Assembly (NCBI GenBank): GCA_024405635.1 | Contig: JAKSOL010000002.1 | Location: 64,001 to 128,000 of the forward strand | DNA length: 64,000 nt | Reading direction: 5' to 3' | Source: Salinivirgaceae bacterium | GTDB taxonomy: Bacteria > Bacteroidota > Bacteroidia > Bacteroidales > SZUA-534 | Shown: piece by piece, positions 1 through 9,165 of the stretch | How positions within the stretch are numbered: the stretch's first letter is position 1 | Layout: each line of letters begins with the position of its first letter | Position numbers and translations under genes: made by a program | The notes under the pieces: model-generated | Told to the model about the DNA's origin: nothing | Database searches by the model: none | What the model saw: only the letters and a program-made list of their open reading frames with translations

Positions 1-364
1 CGCCTTCAAGAGCGGCACCCATTGTTCCCGAGTAAAACACATTGGCAGTGGCATTTGAACCATGGTTTATGCCCGATAGCACAACATCGGGTTTGCGTGG
101 GGTAATTTTGTCAATTCCAAACTTGATGCAGTCGGCCGGTGTGCCTGTAAGTTTGTGAATTACAAGTCCTGGCTGGCTGCTTAGTAATTCGGAGCGCAAT
201 GGGTTGCTTAAACTTATGGCTTGCGACATTCCCGACATTCCAACTGCTGGAGCTACTACATAAACATCGCCAAACAATGTGGCCATCTTGGTAAGTTCGG
301 CAATGCCTTTGGCCGAGTATCCGTCGTCGTTTGTGATAAGTATCAGAGGTTTGTTTTCTGACAT
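1..364 (-). CDS. surE: 5'/3'-nucleotidase SurE (5' part; runs off the window start)
   Basis: Not in the ORF track. Manual minus-strand translation from CAT at 362-364 gives MSENKPLILITNDDGYSAKGIAEL...GTPADC...VLSGINHGSN...YSGTMGAALEG, containing the SurE signatures TNDDG, GTPADC, SGINxG and YSGT. Confidence 0.95.
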   Translation of the reverse strand, partial: MSENKPLILITNDDGYSAKGIAELTKMATLFGDVYVVAPAVGMSGMSQAISLSNPLRSELLSSQPGLVIHKLTGTPADCIKFGIDKITPRKPDVVLSGINHGSNATANVFYSGTMGAALEG

Positions 365-629
365 GTTGTTGTGCTTTTTTTGAATTTGCGCGAAGATAAC
401 TAATAAGTTGCTTTCAGATTATAAGTTTTAACTTGTTGAATCGTTGATATGTTGACGCGCTGTGGCTTCGGTAGGCTCAGCTTCCAGAAGGTTGAACCGT
501 TGATTTGCTAACGTAAAACTTAACAACTTAGAACTTACTAAACATTACTTTAGCTTGTTCAAAAGTATGTGGCGGCCGAATAAAAACAAGCAAAGTTATT
601 CCTACATTAGCGCAGTTTAATTTATCAAA

Positions 630-1424
630 ATGAGACTATCATTAAAATCACTTATTCTGAGTGCGCTAACAATTGCAATGGTGAGTTGCGAACGCGAACC
701 AATGGCAGTTGAGGCAAACGTAACACCGTTGTCTGACTATCAAAGCAACGATGGTATGGTGGCACTTAATATCACTGGAGGTAAGGCCCCTTACACCGTT
801 GCGTGGAGCAACGATTCGGTTGGGCCTGAAGTTAGCCAGTTGTCGGTGGGCGAGTATATTGCAACCATTACCGATGCTCTTGGAAACACAATAACCGATA
901 CCGTTTTTATTACTGGTCCACAATGCCCAGTTTGCATCGACCGTGATGCTCGTAGTTATCAAACTGCCATTTTTGGAGAGCAAACTTGGATGGTTGAAGA
1001 TTTGCAAATATCAACTGACAAAGATGGTTTTGCTGTTCAAAGTTTCACTGCTGCCGATTCGCTTGGTGGTGGCACCGTTTATTCGTGGATTGCGGCAATG
1101 GATAGCAGCACCGAGTCGATGGCTCAAGGCATTTGTCCCGATGGTTGGCACATTCCATCGGTTGATGAGTGGAAAATTTTGCTTGATACTGTTGCGCCAA
1201 AAGGTACTCCGCTTTCAACCGTTATAACAACGTTGAGCGTTGGTTTTGTTGGCTTTTACAATGGCGATTTCCAAAATGCTGGTAATTCGGTTTCGTTTTG
1301 GACTTCGACCAAGTCGCACAACAATGCAATGAAAATTTACATTAACAAGAATCTTGAAAAACCGATTATCTATCACGAAAATGTTAACACAGCCATTTCG
1401 GTTCGATGTGTAAAGGATAAATAA
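630..1424 (+). CDS. Lipoprotein with SprB-like repeat and FISUMP (Fibrobacter succinogenes major paralogous) domain
   Basis: Lipobox AMVSC. DGMVALNITGGKAPYTVAWSN...GEYIATITDALG is SprB-repeat-like. DRDARSYQTAIFGEQTWMVEDL, GICPDGWHIPS..EW, FWTST and SVRCVKD are FISUMP hallmarks. Confidence 0.8.
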   Translation: MRLSLKSLILSALTIAMVSCEREPMAVEANVTPLSDYQSNDGMVALNITGGKAPYTVAWSNDSVGPEVSQLSVGEYIATITDALGNTITDTVFITGPQCPVCIDRDARSYQTAIFGEQTWMVEDLQISTDKDGFAVQSFTAADSLGGGTVYSWIAAMDSSTESMAQGICPDGWHIPSVDEWKILLDTVAPKGTPLSTVITTLSVGFVGFYNGDFQNAGNSVSFWTSTKSHNNAMKIYINKNLEKPIIYHENVNTAISVRCVKDK

Positions 1425-1445
1425 AATCGGCTACTTATTAAAAAC

Positions 1446-1486
1446 ACAATCCCCGGCACTGCATAGCGTCGGGGATTGTTGTTTTT
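1446..1486. terminator. Bidirectional intrinsic terminator between convergent FISUMP gene and tsaE
   Basis: ACAATCCCCGGC-loop-GTCGGGGATTGT with A-rich left and T-rich right flanks. Confidence 0.8.
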
Positions 1487-1501
1487 GTGGGTCGATGGTT
1501 A

Positions 1502-1921
1502 TTAAATGTTTATTGTAACTACTCGTTCGGTTTCGTTAATTGGGTTTATTTCAACGGTTACAAAATCATCGTCAATTAAGTCGTCAACTTTTTCGGGCCA
1601 CTCAATAAAGCAGTAGTTGTCGCTATAAAAATACTCTTCGTAACCAAGGTTAAATGCCTCGTCGATGCTTTTAATGCGGTAAAAATCAAAGTGGTAAACC
1701 GACTCTTGATTTTCGGTTCGGTACTCGTTAATTATAGCAAATGTGGGGCTCGACACAATGTCAACCACCTTTAGTTGTTCACAAATGGCTTTTATGAAAG
1801 TTGTTTTGCCGGCACCCATTGGACCCAAAAAAGCAAAGTGCTTGCGGCCTGCTGTGAGTTGCAAAAAACGAGCGGCGCACTCGTCAATATTGGCAACACC
1901 ATTTATGGTTATTGTTTCCAT
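1502..1921 (-). CDS. tsaE: tRNA threonylcarbamoyladenosine biosynthesis ATPase TsaE
   Basis: GPMGAGKTT Walker A, SSPTF, HFDFYR and IEWPE motifs. Start overlaps the purN stop (TGATG). Confidence 0.96.
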   Translation of the reverse strand: METITINGVANIDECAARFLQLTAGRKHFAFLGPMGAGKTTFIKAICEQLKVVDIVSSPTFAIINEYRTENQESVYHFDFYRIKSIDEAFNLGYEEYFYSDNYCFIEWPEKVDDLIDDDFVTVEINPINETERVVTINI

Positions 1922-2499
1922 CAGAATTCAATTTTTTCGTTCATAACCAATTTTTCAATCACGCGAGGGAACCATTCGTACTCAAGTGCGTGAACTTTGG
2001 TCGCAACGTCGTGTGCATTGTCGGTTGGCAAAACTTGGCAAGTGGCTTGAAAAACAGTTTTGCCCTCGTCGTAGTGTTGGTCAATGGTGTGAATGGTTAT
2101 TCCGCTCTCTTTGTCGTGGTTGGCAACCACAGCCTCGTGAACTTTGTCGCCATACATGCCTTTGCCTCCGTATTTTGGCAACAACGAAGGGTGAATGTTT
2201 ACAATGCGACCATCGTATTGGTTTAGAATAATGTCAGGAACAAGCCACAAGAAGCCAGCAAGAATAATCCAGTTGATGCCTAGTTGTTCAAATTGGCGTA
2301 GGGTGGTGCCGTTGGTAAATTCCTCGCGGTTAAAGTATCCTGTTGCAATGTTAAGGTTGCGTGCGCGTGTTAGTCCGTAAGCATCTTTTTTGTTCGACAT
2401 TACAATTGATACTTCAATGTTTTTGTTGTTAGCAAAGTACTTGATAATGTTTTCGGCGTTGGTTCCGTTGCCCGAAACCAAAATGGCAATTTTTATCAT
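1921..2499 (-). CDS. purN: Phosphoribosylglycinamide formyltransferase
   Basis: SGNGTN, LAGF, NIHPSLLPKYGG, G.TIH and D.G motifs. Confidence 0.96.
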   Translation of the reverse strand: MIKIAILVSGNGTNAENIIKYFANNKNIEVSIVMSNKKDAYGLTRARNLNIATGYFNREEFTNGTTLRQFEQLGINWIILAGFLWLVPDIILNQYDGRIVNIHPSLLPKYGGKGMYGDKVHEAVVANHDKESGITIHTIDQHYDEGKTVFQATCQVLPTDNAHDVATKVHALEYEWFPRVIEKLVMNEKIEF

Positions 2500-2969
2500 A
2501 AATCTAAAGTGTTGTCTTGTTCGTTGTAGCCCTGGTCAATTTTAAGGTTTTGGCCCGATGCGGCAGTGGTTGCAAGTTGGTCGCAACGTTCGTTTTCGGG
2601 ATTGCCAGCATGGCCTTTAACCCAGCGAAAAGTTACGTGGTGTTGGCGGTATATTTTCAAGAAACGCATCCACAAGTCGGGGTTCTTTTTCTTTTTAAAT
2701 CCAACTTTTTCCCATCCAAAAACCCATTTTTTCTCAACGGCATCAACCACATATTTTGAGTCGGAAAAGATGGTTACGTTGCAGTTTGGGTTTTTAAGTG
2801 CCTCAAGCCCAACAATAACGGCAAGCAATTCCATGCGGTTGTTTGTTGTTGTTGCAAATCCTTCCGACAGCTCTTTGCGGTATTGTCCGCACAAAAGAAC
2901 AACTCCGTATCCGCCTGGACCAGGGTTGCCCATCGACGAACCATCGGTGTATATTGTAATGTCTGCCAT
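2496..2969 (-). CDS. rnhA: Ribonuclease HI
   Basis: YTDGSSMGNPGPGG, TTNNRMEL, DSKY, WVKGHAG and NERCD motifs. Start reset to the ATG of MADITIY. Confidence 0.96.
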   Translation of the reverse strand: MADITIYTDGSSMGNPGPGGYGVVLLCGQYRKELSEGFATTTNNRMELLAVIVGLEALKNPNCNVTIFSDSKYVVDAVEKKWVFGWEKVGFKKKKNPDLWMRFLKIYRQHHVTFRWVKGHAGNPENERCDQLATTAASGQNLKIDQGYNEQDNTLDL

Positions 2970-3036
2970 TGATTGAAAAGAATTTGTGCGCGAAGATAAT
3001 GCGCTAACTTTATTTGCCCAAAAGCAAAGTGTAAGC

Positions 3037-3068
3037 AAAAAAAAGAGCCGCCTTCAGCAGACGACCCT
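3037..3068 (-). terminator. Intrinsic terminator after pyrE
   Basis: Minus strand AGGGTCGTCT-loop-AGGCGGCTCT followed by a T run. Confidence 0.65.
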
Positions 3069-3096
3069 TAAATTGATTGTTGTTTTCCTCTGTATC

Positions 3097-3747
3097 TTAT
3101 GCAAATTGCTCGCCCCATTTAGCAGGGTCGAGTCGCCATTGTTTCAAAGTTTCAAGTTTTTCGGCATCAATGTAACCGCTGTTGCAAGCGTTTTGCAACA
3201 AAGCGTCGTAGTTGCTCAAGGTGTCGAGGTTGCAGTTCTTTTCGGCAAAAGCATCAACGGCTTTTTGGAATCCGTAGGTGAATATTGCCAACAAACCAAG
3301 TACGTTTGCTCCTTTTTCGCGCAAAGCATCAACAGCAACAAGGCTGCTACCTCCAGTCGATACCAAATCTTCAATCACAACTACTTTTTGGCCAGCCTCC
3401 AAAATACCTTCAACTTGGTTTCCCAAACCGTGTTTTTTAGCATCGGAACGAACATAGATGAAAGGAAGACCCATGGCCTCGGCTACTAACATTCCGTGAG
3501 CGATGGCGCCTGTTGCCACACCTGCAATTACCTCAACTTCGGGGTATTTTTGGCGAATAAGGGTAACAAACGAATCGCGGATGTAGTCGCGAACTTGTGG
3601 GTAAGAAAGTGTTGCGCGGTTATCGCAATAAATGGGCGACTTTAGTCCCGATGCCCAAGTGAATGGGTTTGATGGTGACAGTTTAATTGCTTTAATTTGC
3701 AGCAAATTAGTCGCTACTTTTTGTTGAATTTCATTGTGTGTTTCCAT
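3097..3747 (-). CDS. pyrE: Orotate phosphoribosyltransferase
   Basis: FTWASG.KSPIYCDNR, YVR..KKHG and the PRPP motif VVIEDLVSTGGS. Start placed at METHNE (ATG 3747). Confidence 0.96.
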   Translation of the reverse strand: METHNEIQQKVATNLLQIKAIKLSPSNPFTWASGLKSPIYCDNRATLSYPQVRDYIRDSFVTLIRQKYPEVEVIAGVATGAIAHGMLVAEAMGLPFIYVRSDAKKHGLGNQVEGILEAGQKVVVIEDLVSTGGSSLVAVDALREKGANVLGLLAIFTYGFQKAVDAFAEKNCNLDTLSNYDALLQNACNSGYIDAEKLETLKQWRLDPAKWGEQFA

Positions 3748-4383
3748 ATGCCACAAAAGTATAAAGTTTTTTTTTACAATAACGTGGTGCTGCTTGGTGG
3801 CAGCGATTGCGATGCCAAGGTAGCAAACATTGATTATCGTTATACTGATGTTGATAATCTTGGCTTATTTCTTTTTGGCTTTTTGGCTAAAACAACGGGT
3901 CAAACTGTTGTTATTCAACATAATAATATCGACGAATTGTGGCGTGCATTTTGCTCGCTGTTTGAGTATAGAGCAGCCGCTGGTGGACTTGTGCAAAACG
4001 CTGATAACCAACTGCTTTTTATTAAACGAAATGGTTTTTGGGATTTGCCTAAAGGTCATTTGGAAAAAGGCGAGGACAGCCAAACTGGAGCGTTGCGCGA
4101 GGTGGAAGAGGAGTGCGGCATTGGCAACTTGCATATTTCAACTTTGTTAACCACCACTTATCATACCTATTTTTATGAAGAACGCCCTGTGCTTAAGGCT
4201 ACCGACTGGTATTTAATGACTTGCAGTGGCGCTATAAAAACAACTCCTCAAACCGATGAGGGAATTACTGAGGCTACTTGGATTGCGCAAAAGCAAGTTG
4301 CTCAGTTGCTGGCAAATAGTTATGCCTCGATTGTTGAAGTAATAAAGAGTTTTAACATCAATCTTACACCATTATGCGATTAA
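3748..4383 (+). CDS. NUDIX hydrolase
   Basis: AAGGLV, then WDLPKGHLEKGEDSQTGALREVEEECG (Nudix box). Start at MPQKYKVFF. Confidence 0.9.
   Translation: MPQKYKVFFYNNVVLLGGSDCDAKVANIDYRYTDVDNLGLFLFGFLAKTTGQTVVIQHNNIDELWRAFCSLFEYRAAAGGLVQNADNQLLFIKRNGFWDLPKGHLEKGEDSQTGALREVEEECGIGNLHISTLLTTTYHTYFYEERPVLKATDWYLMTCSGAIKTTPQTDEGITEATWIAQKQVAQLLANSYASIVEVIKSFNINLTPLCD
3754..3761 (-). promoter_or_regulatory. Putative sigma-A -7 box for pyrE, lying inside the NUDIX ORF
   Basis: Minus strand TACTTTTG-tggcat-ATG, an exact TAnnTTTG 6 nt before the start codon. Confidence 0.6.
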
Positions 4384-5540
4384 GATTTTTTGCAACCATA
4401 TTCTCTATGCTGCTTTCGGTTTTGGCCGTAGCACAAGATATTGATTTCGATACATTGAGTTCACGTGCTTATGTTTCGGTTTTTACTTGCTCGCCAGGAA
4501 CTCAGTTGTATTCGCAATTTGGGCACAGTGCAATTGGAGTTTTCGATCCTGCCCAACAAAAAAGTGTGGTGTTTAATTACGGCACATTCAGCTTTAATAC
4601 GCCTAACTTTTACCTGAAGTTTATGTCGGGTAAACTGAACTATAGGTTGAGCGCCGAGTCGTATTCAGAATTTGAAAGCACCTACAACCGACGTGGACGC
4701 CGAGTAACCGAGCAAAAACTGAACCTTACTCAGCAACAAAATCAGCACCTTTTTAATTTGTTGCTTGAGAACTATAAACCCGAAAACCAATACTATCAAT
4801 ACGATTTCTTTTTTGATAACTGCGCGTCGCGTGTGCTCGATATGTTGTATGTGGCTTTGGGCGATTCGTTGACTCATTGCGATTCGTTGGCAGAAAAAGT
4901 AACTTACCGTCAACTTATTCATCGTTATTTGACCGATAGTAAGTGGACCAAGTTTGGCATCGACATTGTGCTCGGCTCGGTGATTGACCGTTATGCATCG
5001 CCTCGCCAACAGGCTTTTTTGCCCGACAAGTTGATGGAGTATTGCGAACTTGCATCAATTGATGGAAAACCGCTTGTGCGTTTAAACCGAAATATTGTTG
5101 AAGAAACGCAGATTAAGCATGCAACACCTTGGTGCTGCTCGCCCGTTGCAATGTTAGTTGTTATGCTAATGTTTGTTTTGGTAGCAAACCGTTTCTGTCC
5201 ACGCACAAACGATATTTTCGATCGCATATTTTTCTCAACCCTTGCTTTGCTTGGCGTTCTTATTGCGTTGCTTTGGTTTGCAACCGATCACGATGCTACT
5301 GTGCTGAATGTTAACATATTGTGGGCATCGCCGCTGTACTTTGTTTACATTTTTATGCTTAACAGAAATCGCGAGGTGTGGGTTAAACGCTTGCAAATTT
5401 TCTTTGTGGCTAGCTTTGGCGTTTCGCTACTGGGCCATGTCTTTGCAATTCAGCCAATTAGCATCGAAATGTTGATTGTTATGGTAATTGCATCGGTGCG
5501 TTTTTACCAGCAGCGAGTATTGTCCAAAATGGACAAGTAG
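4374..5540 (+). CDS. lnb: DUF4105-domain membrane protein, probable Bacteroidota lipoprotein N-acyltransferase Lnb
   Basis: Signal peptide; TCSPG..LYS.FGHSAI, FNYGTF and YDFFFDNCA (candidate His/Cys catalytic pair); about 5 C-terminal TM helices including TDH..T..N.NILWA.P. Confidence 0.7.
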   Translation: MRLRFFATIFSMLLSVLAVAQDIDFDTLSSRAYVSVFTCSPGTQLYSQFGHSAIGVFDPAQQKSVVFNYGTFSFNTPNFYLKFMSGKLNYRLSAESYSEFESTYNRRGRRVTEQKLNLTQQQNQHLFNLLLENYKPENQYYQYDFFFDNCASRVLDMLYVALGDSLTHCDSLAEKVTYRQLIHRYLTDSKWTKFGIDIVLGSVIDRYASPRQQAFLPDKLMEYCELASIDGKPLVRLNRNIVEETQIKHATPWCCSPVAMLVVMLMFVLVANRFCPRTNDIFDRIFFSTLALLGVLIALLWFATDHDATVLNVNILWASPLYFVYIFMLNRNREVWVKRLQIFFVASFGVSLLGHVFAIQPISIEMLIVMVIASVRFYQQRVLSKMDK

Positions 5541-5636
5541 GTTTTATTTGCTAATGGTGGTTATGGGGGAAAGGTGCAATGAAAGCCTCACGATTGTACT
5601 AACAATCATTGTTTAACTCATAGTAACAACACAAAA

Positions 5637-5668
5637 AAAAGCCGCCAAGCATTAGCAAGGCGGCTTTT
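5637..5668. terminator. Bidirectional terminator between lnb-like gene and gpmI
   Basis: AAAAGCCGCC-loop-GGCGGCTTTT. Confidence 0.8.
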
Positions 5669-5690
5669 AGTTTATGGATTGTTATATGTA

Positions 5691-7217
5691 TTACTCAACC
5701 AATACTTTACCAGTCATGTCGGCAGGAACCTCAATGTTCATAAGTTTCAAGATGGTTGGAGCAACGTCGGCCAAAATACCGTTGTTTACTTTTTTGTATT
5801 GCTCGGTAACCACAATAACAGGAACAGGGTTTAGCGAGTGAGCTGTGTTTGGAGTGCCGTCGGCGTTAATAGCGTTGTCGGCATTACCATGGTCGGCAAT
5901 AATAACAACATCGTACTCGTTAGCGGTTGCAGCGTCAACAACCTCTTTTACGCATTGGTCAACAGCCTTAACAGCTTTACCAATAGCTTCGTAAATGCCA
6001 GTGTGGCCTACCATGTCGCCGTTTGCAAAGTTCACTACAATAAAGTCGAATTTTTGGGTGCCGATAGCTTCAACCAATTTGTCTTTAACCTCAAATGCGC
6101 TCATTTCAGGTTTAAGGTCGTAGGTTGCAACTTTGGGCGAAGGGATAAGGATGCGTTCCTCGCCTTCAAATTCTTTTTCGCGACCACCGTTAAGGAAGAA
6201 AGTTACGTGAGCAAATTTTTCGGTTTCGGCGGTGTGAAGTTGTTTCAAACCTTTGTTTGACAAGTACTCAGCCAAAGTGTTTTGTACGTTCTCTTTGTCA
6301 AATAGAATGTTAACGCCAGTAAACGAGGCATCGTAAGGAGTCATGCAGAAGTATTGCAAACCTTTAATGGTATTCATTCCGTTTTCAGGCATGTCTTGTT
6401 GAGTAAGCACAACAGTAAGTTCTTTTGCGCGGTCGTTGCGGTAGTTGAAGAAAATAACAACGTCGCCCTCTTGAATGGTAGCAACAGGTTTGCCAGCAGC
6501 ATCAACGTGAACAATAGGTTTTACAAACTCGTCGGTAACGCCATCGTTGTAGCTCTCTTGCATAGCTTGAACCATGTCGGTAGCAGCTTTACCTTTGCCG
6601 TTAACCATAAGGTCATAAGCTTCGCGCACGCGCTCCCAACGTTTGTCGCGGTCCATTGCGTAGTAGCGACCAATAATTGAAGCAATTGCGCCAGTGTTCT
6701 TTTTTAGTTGGTCTTCAAGTTGTTGAATGAATCCCAAACCGCTTTTTGGGTCAGTATCGCGACCGTCCATAAAGCAGTGTACAAACGATTTGCTGATGCC
6801 GTATTCTTTCGAAATTTCAATTAGTTTGAAAAGATGATCGAGCGAGCTATGAACGCCACCGTTTGATACTAAACCCATAAGGTGAATTTGTTTTCCGTTT
6901 TGTTTTGCGTAGCTATAAGCTTTTACAATCTCTGGGTTTTTAAGAATAGAGTTGTCGGCGCAAGCACGGTTAATTTTTACCAAGTCTTGGTAAACAACGC
7001 GACCAGCACCAATGTTAAGGTGACCAACTTCAGAGTTGCCCATTTGTCCGTCTGGCAAACCAACGTTCTCGCCGCTGGCAAGTAGTTGTGCGTTAGGATA
7101 TTTTGCTATCAAAGCATCGATGTTTGGTGCACCGAACGAGTAGATAGCGTCAGATTTTGTTTTGTTGCCGATGCCCCAACCATCTAGAATCATCAGCATA
7201 GCTTTTTTTGTACTCAT
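5691..7217 (-). CDS. gpmI: 2,3-bisphosphoglycerate-independent phosphoglycerate mutase
   Basis: [37 protein letters not shown] and ADHGN motifs. Confidence 0.98.
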   Translation of the reverse strand: MSTKKAMLMILDGWGIGNKTKSDAIYSFGAPNIDALIAKYPNAQLLASGENVGLPDGQMGNSEVGHLNIGAGRVVYQDLVKINRACADNSILKNPEIVKAYSYAKQNGKQIHLMGLVSNGGVHSSLDHLFKLIEISKEYGISKSFVHCFMDGRDTDPKSGLGFIQQLEDQLKKNTGAIASIIGRYYAMDRDKRWERVREAYDLMVNGKGKAATDMVQAMQESYNDGVTDEFVKPIVHVDAAGKPVATIQEGDVVIFFNYRNDRAKELTVVLTQQDMPENGMNTIKGLQYFCMTPYDASFTGVNILFDKENVQNTLAEYLSNKGLKQLHTAETEKFAHVTFFLNGGREKEFEGEERILIPSPKVATYDLKPEMSAFEVKDKLVEAIGTQKFDFIVVNFANGDMVGHTGIYEAIGKAVKAVDQCVKEVVDAATANEYDVVIIADHGNADNAINADGTPNTAHSLNPVPVIVVTEQYKKVNNGILADVAPTILKLMNIEVPADMTGKVLVE

Positions 7218-7394
7218 ATTGATATAATTAATTAGTAATAAACAAATTACAATTGGTTTGCTTTGCTGGCAAAACCGAGCGCAAAAGTACTGAAAAAATT
7301 GTTGCTACACATTGGTTTTTCGAGCTAAACAAATGAGCTTATGATGCAAGTTTTGTGGCATTGGCCTTAAGGTTTGATAAAAGCGGTTAATAGT

Positions 7395-7402
7395 TACTTT
7401 TG
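7395..7402 (+). promoter_or_regulatory. Putative -7 box, 8 nt before the DUF819 start
   Basis: TACTTTTG-ccgccatt-ATG. Confidence 0.55.
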
Positions 7403-7410
7403 CCGCCATT

Positions 7411-8565
7411 ATGACACTAATACTTATTATTTATTTGTTGGCGCCTGTGGCTATTATTTTTGCGTTTCAGCGTTTTAAACTAGCGCAAAAAATAGGCACA
7501 ATAATATTGGCCTACGCTGTGGGCATTGTTTTGGCGCTTACTGGCGCGGTTGAGTTTGATGGCGCCGAGGCTGTGGCTTTTGACAAAATTCAACGAACCA
7601 TAATGAATCTTACTGTTCCGTTGGCCATTCCGCTAATGCTGTTTAATGTCGATTTTAAGCTTTGGACTCGCTCGCTACCAAAAACCATTTGGGCGTTTGT
7701 GGCTGGAATAGTGGCGGTGTTAGTTGCTATTGTGTCGGGGTTTTTCATTTTCCGAAACTCGGGCATCACCGAACTTAACAACGTTGCGGGGCTAATGATG
7801 GGCATTTACTCGGGCGGAACAGTTAACTTTTTTGCATTGGGCGAGGCGCTGAGTGTTAATCCCGAAACCATTGTGTTTGTTTATGCTTTTGAAATGGTTG
7901 TAACCTTTCCGTTTGTGATTTTTATTGCGTCGGGAGGTTATAAATGTTTCCGTAGGTTTTTGCCTTTTGCAACGCAGGCCGATGCTCAAAATTTGCAGCA
8001 AGATAATGTTGATATAAGTATTGAGAGCTATAGTGGAATGTTGCAACCGCGCACTATTGCTCAAATGGCGGTGGCGTTGCTTGTTGCTGTGGCATTTGCT
8101 GGCATTGGTGCAGCATTGTCGCTACTCATTACTGGCAAGTTGAGCGAGTTGGTTGTTATTTTAACAGTTACCACTTTGGCCATTGCAGCATCGTTTATTA
8201 AAAAAATTCGTGCTTTGCCTAAGACTTTTGAACTTGGCATGGTTTTCATTCTAATGTTTAGTGTGGTTGTGGCTTCGCAGTTCGATATTACAACACTTTA
8301 CCGCACTTCGCGTTTGCTCTATTTTATTCTTTACATAATGGTAGTGTCAATTGTGCTACACTTGCTACTATGTAGGTTGTTTAAGATTGAGGGCGATTTG
8401 TTTACAGTGGCAAGTGTTGGTTTGCTATGCTCGCCACCGTTTGTGCCGCCCATTGTAAGCGCAATAAAAAATCCGCGCATGCTTATAAGTGGCGTGGTGA
8501 TTGGCTTGGCAGGTTATGCTGTTGGTACATATTTGGGAATAGCCATTGCTAGCATTTTAAGGTGA
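7411..8565 (+). CDS. DUF819-family multi-pass membrane protein
   Basis: About 10-11 hydrophobic segments; PLAIPLML, GIYSGGTVNF and C-terminal G..GYAVGTYLG motifs. Confidence 0.75.
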   Translation: MTLILIIYLLAPVAIIFAFQRFKLAQKIGTIILAYAVGIVLALTGAVEFDGAEAVAFDKIQRTIMNLTVPLAIPLMLFNVDFKLWTRSLPKTIWAFVAGIVAVLVAIVSGFFIFRNSGITELNNVAGLMMGIYSGGTVNFFALGEALSVNPETIVFVYAFEMVVTFPFVIFIASGGYKCFRRFLPFATQADAQNLQQDNVDISIESYSGMLQPRTIAQMAVALLVAVAFAGIGAALSLLITGKLSELVVILTVTTLAIAASFIKKIRALPKTFELGMVFILMFSVVVASQFDITTLYRTSRLLYFILYIMVVSIVLHLLLCRLFKIEGDLFTVASVGLLCSPPFVPPIVSAIKNPRMLISGVVIGLAGYAVGTYLGIAIASILR

Positions 8566-9089
8566 TGAGAATGGATGCTATTGATGCAATATTGACACGC
8601 GCATCGGTGCGTAAATTTTTACCACAAAAAATTGATGCACAGCAAGTTGAAATGTTACTGCGCGCAGCAATGTCGGCCCCGTCGGCGGGCAACAAGCAAC
8701 CTTGGCAGTTTGTTGTAATTACAAGCCGTGATGTGTTGTTACAGATTTCTGCTCAATTTCCAACGGCGGCTCCGTTAAATTCAGCGCCCCTTGCTATTGT
8801 GGTTTGTGGCGACCTTACCCGAACTTTTTCTGGCGAAGGAATTGATTATTGGGTTGAAGATACTTCAGCGGCTACGCAAAACATACTGCTAGCTGCTCAC
8901 GCTATGAACTTGGGCGCTGTTTGGTGCGGAATATATCCTTTGAGCGAACGTGTAAATTTTTTAAGAACATTGCTGCGTTTGCCTGATAATATTTGTCCGT
9001 TGGGAGTGGTTGCTGTTGGTTATGCGGCCGAAAAAGTTGAACCTAAAGACAAATGGAATACTGCTGCAATTCATTATAATGTTTTTTGA
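8565..9089 (+). CDS. Nitroreductase family protein
   Basis: R.SVRKF, APSAGNKQPWQF and QNILLAAHAMNLGAVW motifs. Start could be 8562, 8565 or 8571. Confidence 0.9.
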   Translation: MRMDAIDAILTRASVRKFLPQKIDAQQVEMLLRAAMSAPSAGNKQPWQFVVITSRDVLLQISAQFPTAAPLNSAPLAIVVCGDLTRTFSGEGIDYWVEDTSAATQNILLAAHAMNLGAVWCGIYPLSERVNFLRTLLRLPDNICPLGVVAVGYAAEKVEPKDKWNTAAIHYNVF

Positions 9090-9107
9090 TACTGTTAACT
9101 ATAAACC

Positions 9108-9146
9108 AAAAAGCGCCGCTCATTTTGCAATGAGTGGCGCTTTTTT
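9108..9146. terminator. Bidirectional terminator
   Basis: AAAAAGCGCCGCTCATT-ttgc-AATGAGTGGCGCTTTTT. Confidence 0.85.
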
Positions 9147-9165
9147 ATTGGTAAAAGTAGTAGGC

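Noticed and set aside
384-399. Shared GCGCGAAGATAA upstream of surE and rnhA (also at about 2988-2999)
   Set aside because: Explained as a variant of the sigma-A -7 element (TATCTTCGCGC on the minus strand; similar TACATTCGCGC before purL), not a separate regulator site.
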